Of a DNA stretch of 64,000 nt, positions 61,829 through 64,000 are shown one piece after another. Made by a program: the position numbers and the translations under genes. Location of the stretch: positions 21,886,001 to 21,950,000 of the forward strand of contig NC_043022.1 of assembly GCF_006345805.1 (NCBI RefSeq), given 5' to 3'. The notes beneath the pieces were generated by a model. The model had not been told where the DNA came from. It saw only the letters and a program-made list of their open reading frames with translations, and ran no database searches. Every line of letters starts with the position of its first letter. The first letter of the stretch is position 1. This DNA is from Octopus sinensis (Eukaryota).

Positions 61829-62813
61829 AATTGTTTGACCTTAACCAGTTGAGCATGTCCCTTAGTGGCTGACGATATGTGCATCTCTGATCATGAGCAG
61901 AAGTAGTGGAGGAGTATCATAGCCATGTGTTGAAAGGAATTCTTGGAGGTTTGGATAATTCACCTTTGGAAACATGGGTGGTTTGTTCAACATCCTTAAA
62001 CAATCCTTATTCAGGGACCTTTTGAGCAGGATGGGCTACTTGATCAGAAGAAAATTCTAACTGGGCCCCACCTGCAAGGGCATGCGCTGTTTATCTTGAT
62101 ATGAAATCACCATGTCGCGCACATATGGTTGTGATGCATGTGCCTGATGTACCCTTATCAGACGGGTAGTCATGATGGGTATACTAGGCTTCGTATATTT
62201 TACTCTGGTGTCACTTTGATGGCATGCACTACTCTCTCACTCAATAATAATAATAATAGTAATAATAATTTACATTAAATAACAACAACAACATTGGTTA
62301 ATAACCACTAATCTTTTTTCGTTGGGGTGTATGGAACAATTAATTAAATTGATTCTCAATAATCTATAATGAATTCACAGGAAGATATAAACTAAAGCCG
62401 ACTTTGATGGGATTTGAAGTGAAGATGTAAAGGTACATAAGTAAATACTGCACAGTAATTAGTCTGAGATGCTCTACCAATTCTGTTGAGCACAGTTCTA
62501 GTAGACAGCATAAAAATATAATTGCTTATGATTTAGGCATAAGACCAGCAGCTTTGAAGATGAGGATTAGTTAATACCATCAAGTCCAGTAATTGACTGA
62601 TTATTTTATTGGCCCCCAAGGGATGAAAAACAAAGTTTATGTCAGTGGGATTTGAACTTGGGATGTAAAGAGCTGAAACAAATGCCACAAGGTATTTTTT
62701 TCCAATGCTTTAACAATTCTGCCAATCCATTATCCTAATCAATATAAATAATAAGCATAAAAATAGATACACATAATCAGACACACACACAGCAGAGAGA
62801 TAAAATATTTTAC

Positions 62814-62924
62814 CTTTTTCTGTGTAGAATACCTCAGCTCTTCCAGATCGTCATCCTTTTCTTCTATCTCTTTGATATGTTGCTGACGGAGATTCTGTAA
62901 ATTCATTTCCAGACGTAGCTTGGT
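62814..62924 (-). CDS. MYO18A: Unconventional myosin XVIII, coiled-coil exon (TKLRLEMNLQNLRQQHIKEIEEKDDDLEELRYSTQKK); first of 11 exons in the window
   Basis: Canonical AG/GT, 111 nt. Matches the MYO18A-family tail (KLRLEM...H.KE.E..D...EE.R...QKK) as recalled. Invertebrates have a single Myo18, so the symbol is by homology. Confidence 0.92.
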
Positions 62925-63499
62925 CTGTAAATATATTTTAAGATAAATGGCAAACAGGTCAGTGATGTGTAACAGATAGATTGGTCAGTGATATGAGATA
63001 CAGACTAGTTTGTAATATGTCATACATAGACTGGTTGTGGCAGTGTCACAGACACTAACTGTACTATTGTGGATAAGCAGAGGTTTACATTGTTACACTG
63101 TTAGGCAAAGTACAACACTGTAACACTCCTGCCCACCAACACACACACACACCAACACACACACACAAAATAGAAATGTAGAACAATGGTGACAACAGCT
63201 ATCATGAAGGAAAATCCTCTACTGTGTCATTCAGCCCGCCAGAATTAGTAACCACATCTCCATCATATCACAGACAACCGTTCTAAAAGATGAAAGATAC
63301 ATTGAGCAATACAGTCTGTGATGAGAAGAAATAATAGGGATGGTCATAGTCTGTGCAATAACAACAACATCTGTTTATAATAAAAAACGTTTTATCACTG
63401 TTTTATTACTCTTGAAATACAGAGGGAAGTTATACAAGAAATGATGGGATGATTCTTTGTTACATTTTTGTAGTTATGAAGATGATGAAAATAATACTA

Positions 63500-63988
63500 T
63501 TGGGTCGTCCGGAAAGTTTGTGCCGATTTATAGTAGCTTACCTTTCGACTTATCTTAGAACATGTTTGAGTCCATAAAATAAGATTTGACTACACCTCCA
63601 TTTAGAGCACAGTTTAAGCTATCTTTTCGTGGAAGAAGGTTTATGTTCCTATATCCTGTGTTAATTCTGTAACCCTTTAAAATGGAAGATAAGAAAGTTC
63701 ACTTTCGGCACTTGATGCTTTTCTTTTTCCGTAAAGGGAAAACTGCCTCACAAACAACCAAAGAAATATGCGCAGTTTACAGTGATGTTTCTTTATCCGA
63801 AAGAACTGTACAGAAGTGGTTCATAAGGTTCCGAGCTGGAGATTGTAGCCTTATTGATAAAGAGCAATCAGGCAGACCATCCACTACAGAGGATGACCAA
63901 ATCAAGTCGTTAACTGAGAATAACCCACATTGCACAACGCGACAATTGGCAGAAAGCCTCAGCCTATCAAAATCCATCGTTCATGGGC
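63500..63988 (+). mobile_element. Mariner 5' half, same family as 26602; transposase open from ATG 63682 (MEDKKVHFRHLMLFFFRKG...QKWFIRFRAGD...SGRPS), interrupted near 63988 by SINE-A-like sequence
   Basis: Left TIR after TA, HTH and GRP motifs. The final gggcttcttttcagtt matches reverse family A. Confidence 0.9.
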
Positions 63989-64000
63989 TTCTTTTCAGTT

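Overview
AT-rich, repeat-dense animal genomic DNA, most likely octopus (inferred from the tRNA-headed SINE repertoire, RTE LINEs and TA/CA microsatellites; not database-confirmed). Two convergent, intron-rich genes can be rebuilt from splice sites and reading phase. (1) Plus strand: a single-CUB-domain type I membrane protein, with 5 coding exons from 18395 to the stop at 31245; its 5' end was not securely found. (2) Minus strand: the last 11 coding exons (62924 down to 43025, 443 aa) of an unconventional myosin XVIII, covering the coiled-coil tail and an acidic C-terminus. Most of the remainder is mobile DNA: several SINE families, RTE, RTE-X and CR1 LINE fragments, mariner and maT (DD37D-like) elements, hAT, Tigger and piggyBac MITEs, a Helitron and foldback elements. 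Most entries in the ORF track are microsatellite or repeat artefacts. Best leads: three minimal hammerhead-ribozyme motifs in Penelope-like short repeats; the orphan CUB receptor; an inverted (twin-priming-like) RTE insertion that links a common dispersed repeat to its parent LINE; an ~89-bp target-site duplication; a telomere-repeat foldback element with a flipped core; and an unexplained three-copy interspaced repeat. No rRNA, functional tRNA or CRISPR-Cas system is supported. Repeat boundaries are read by eye and are approximate to about 10 bp unless a TSD or TIR is quoted.
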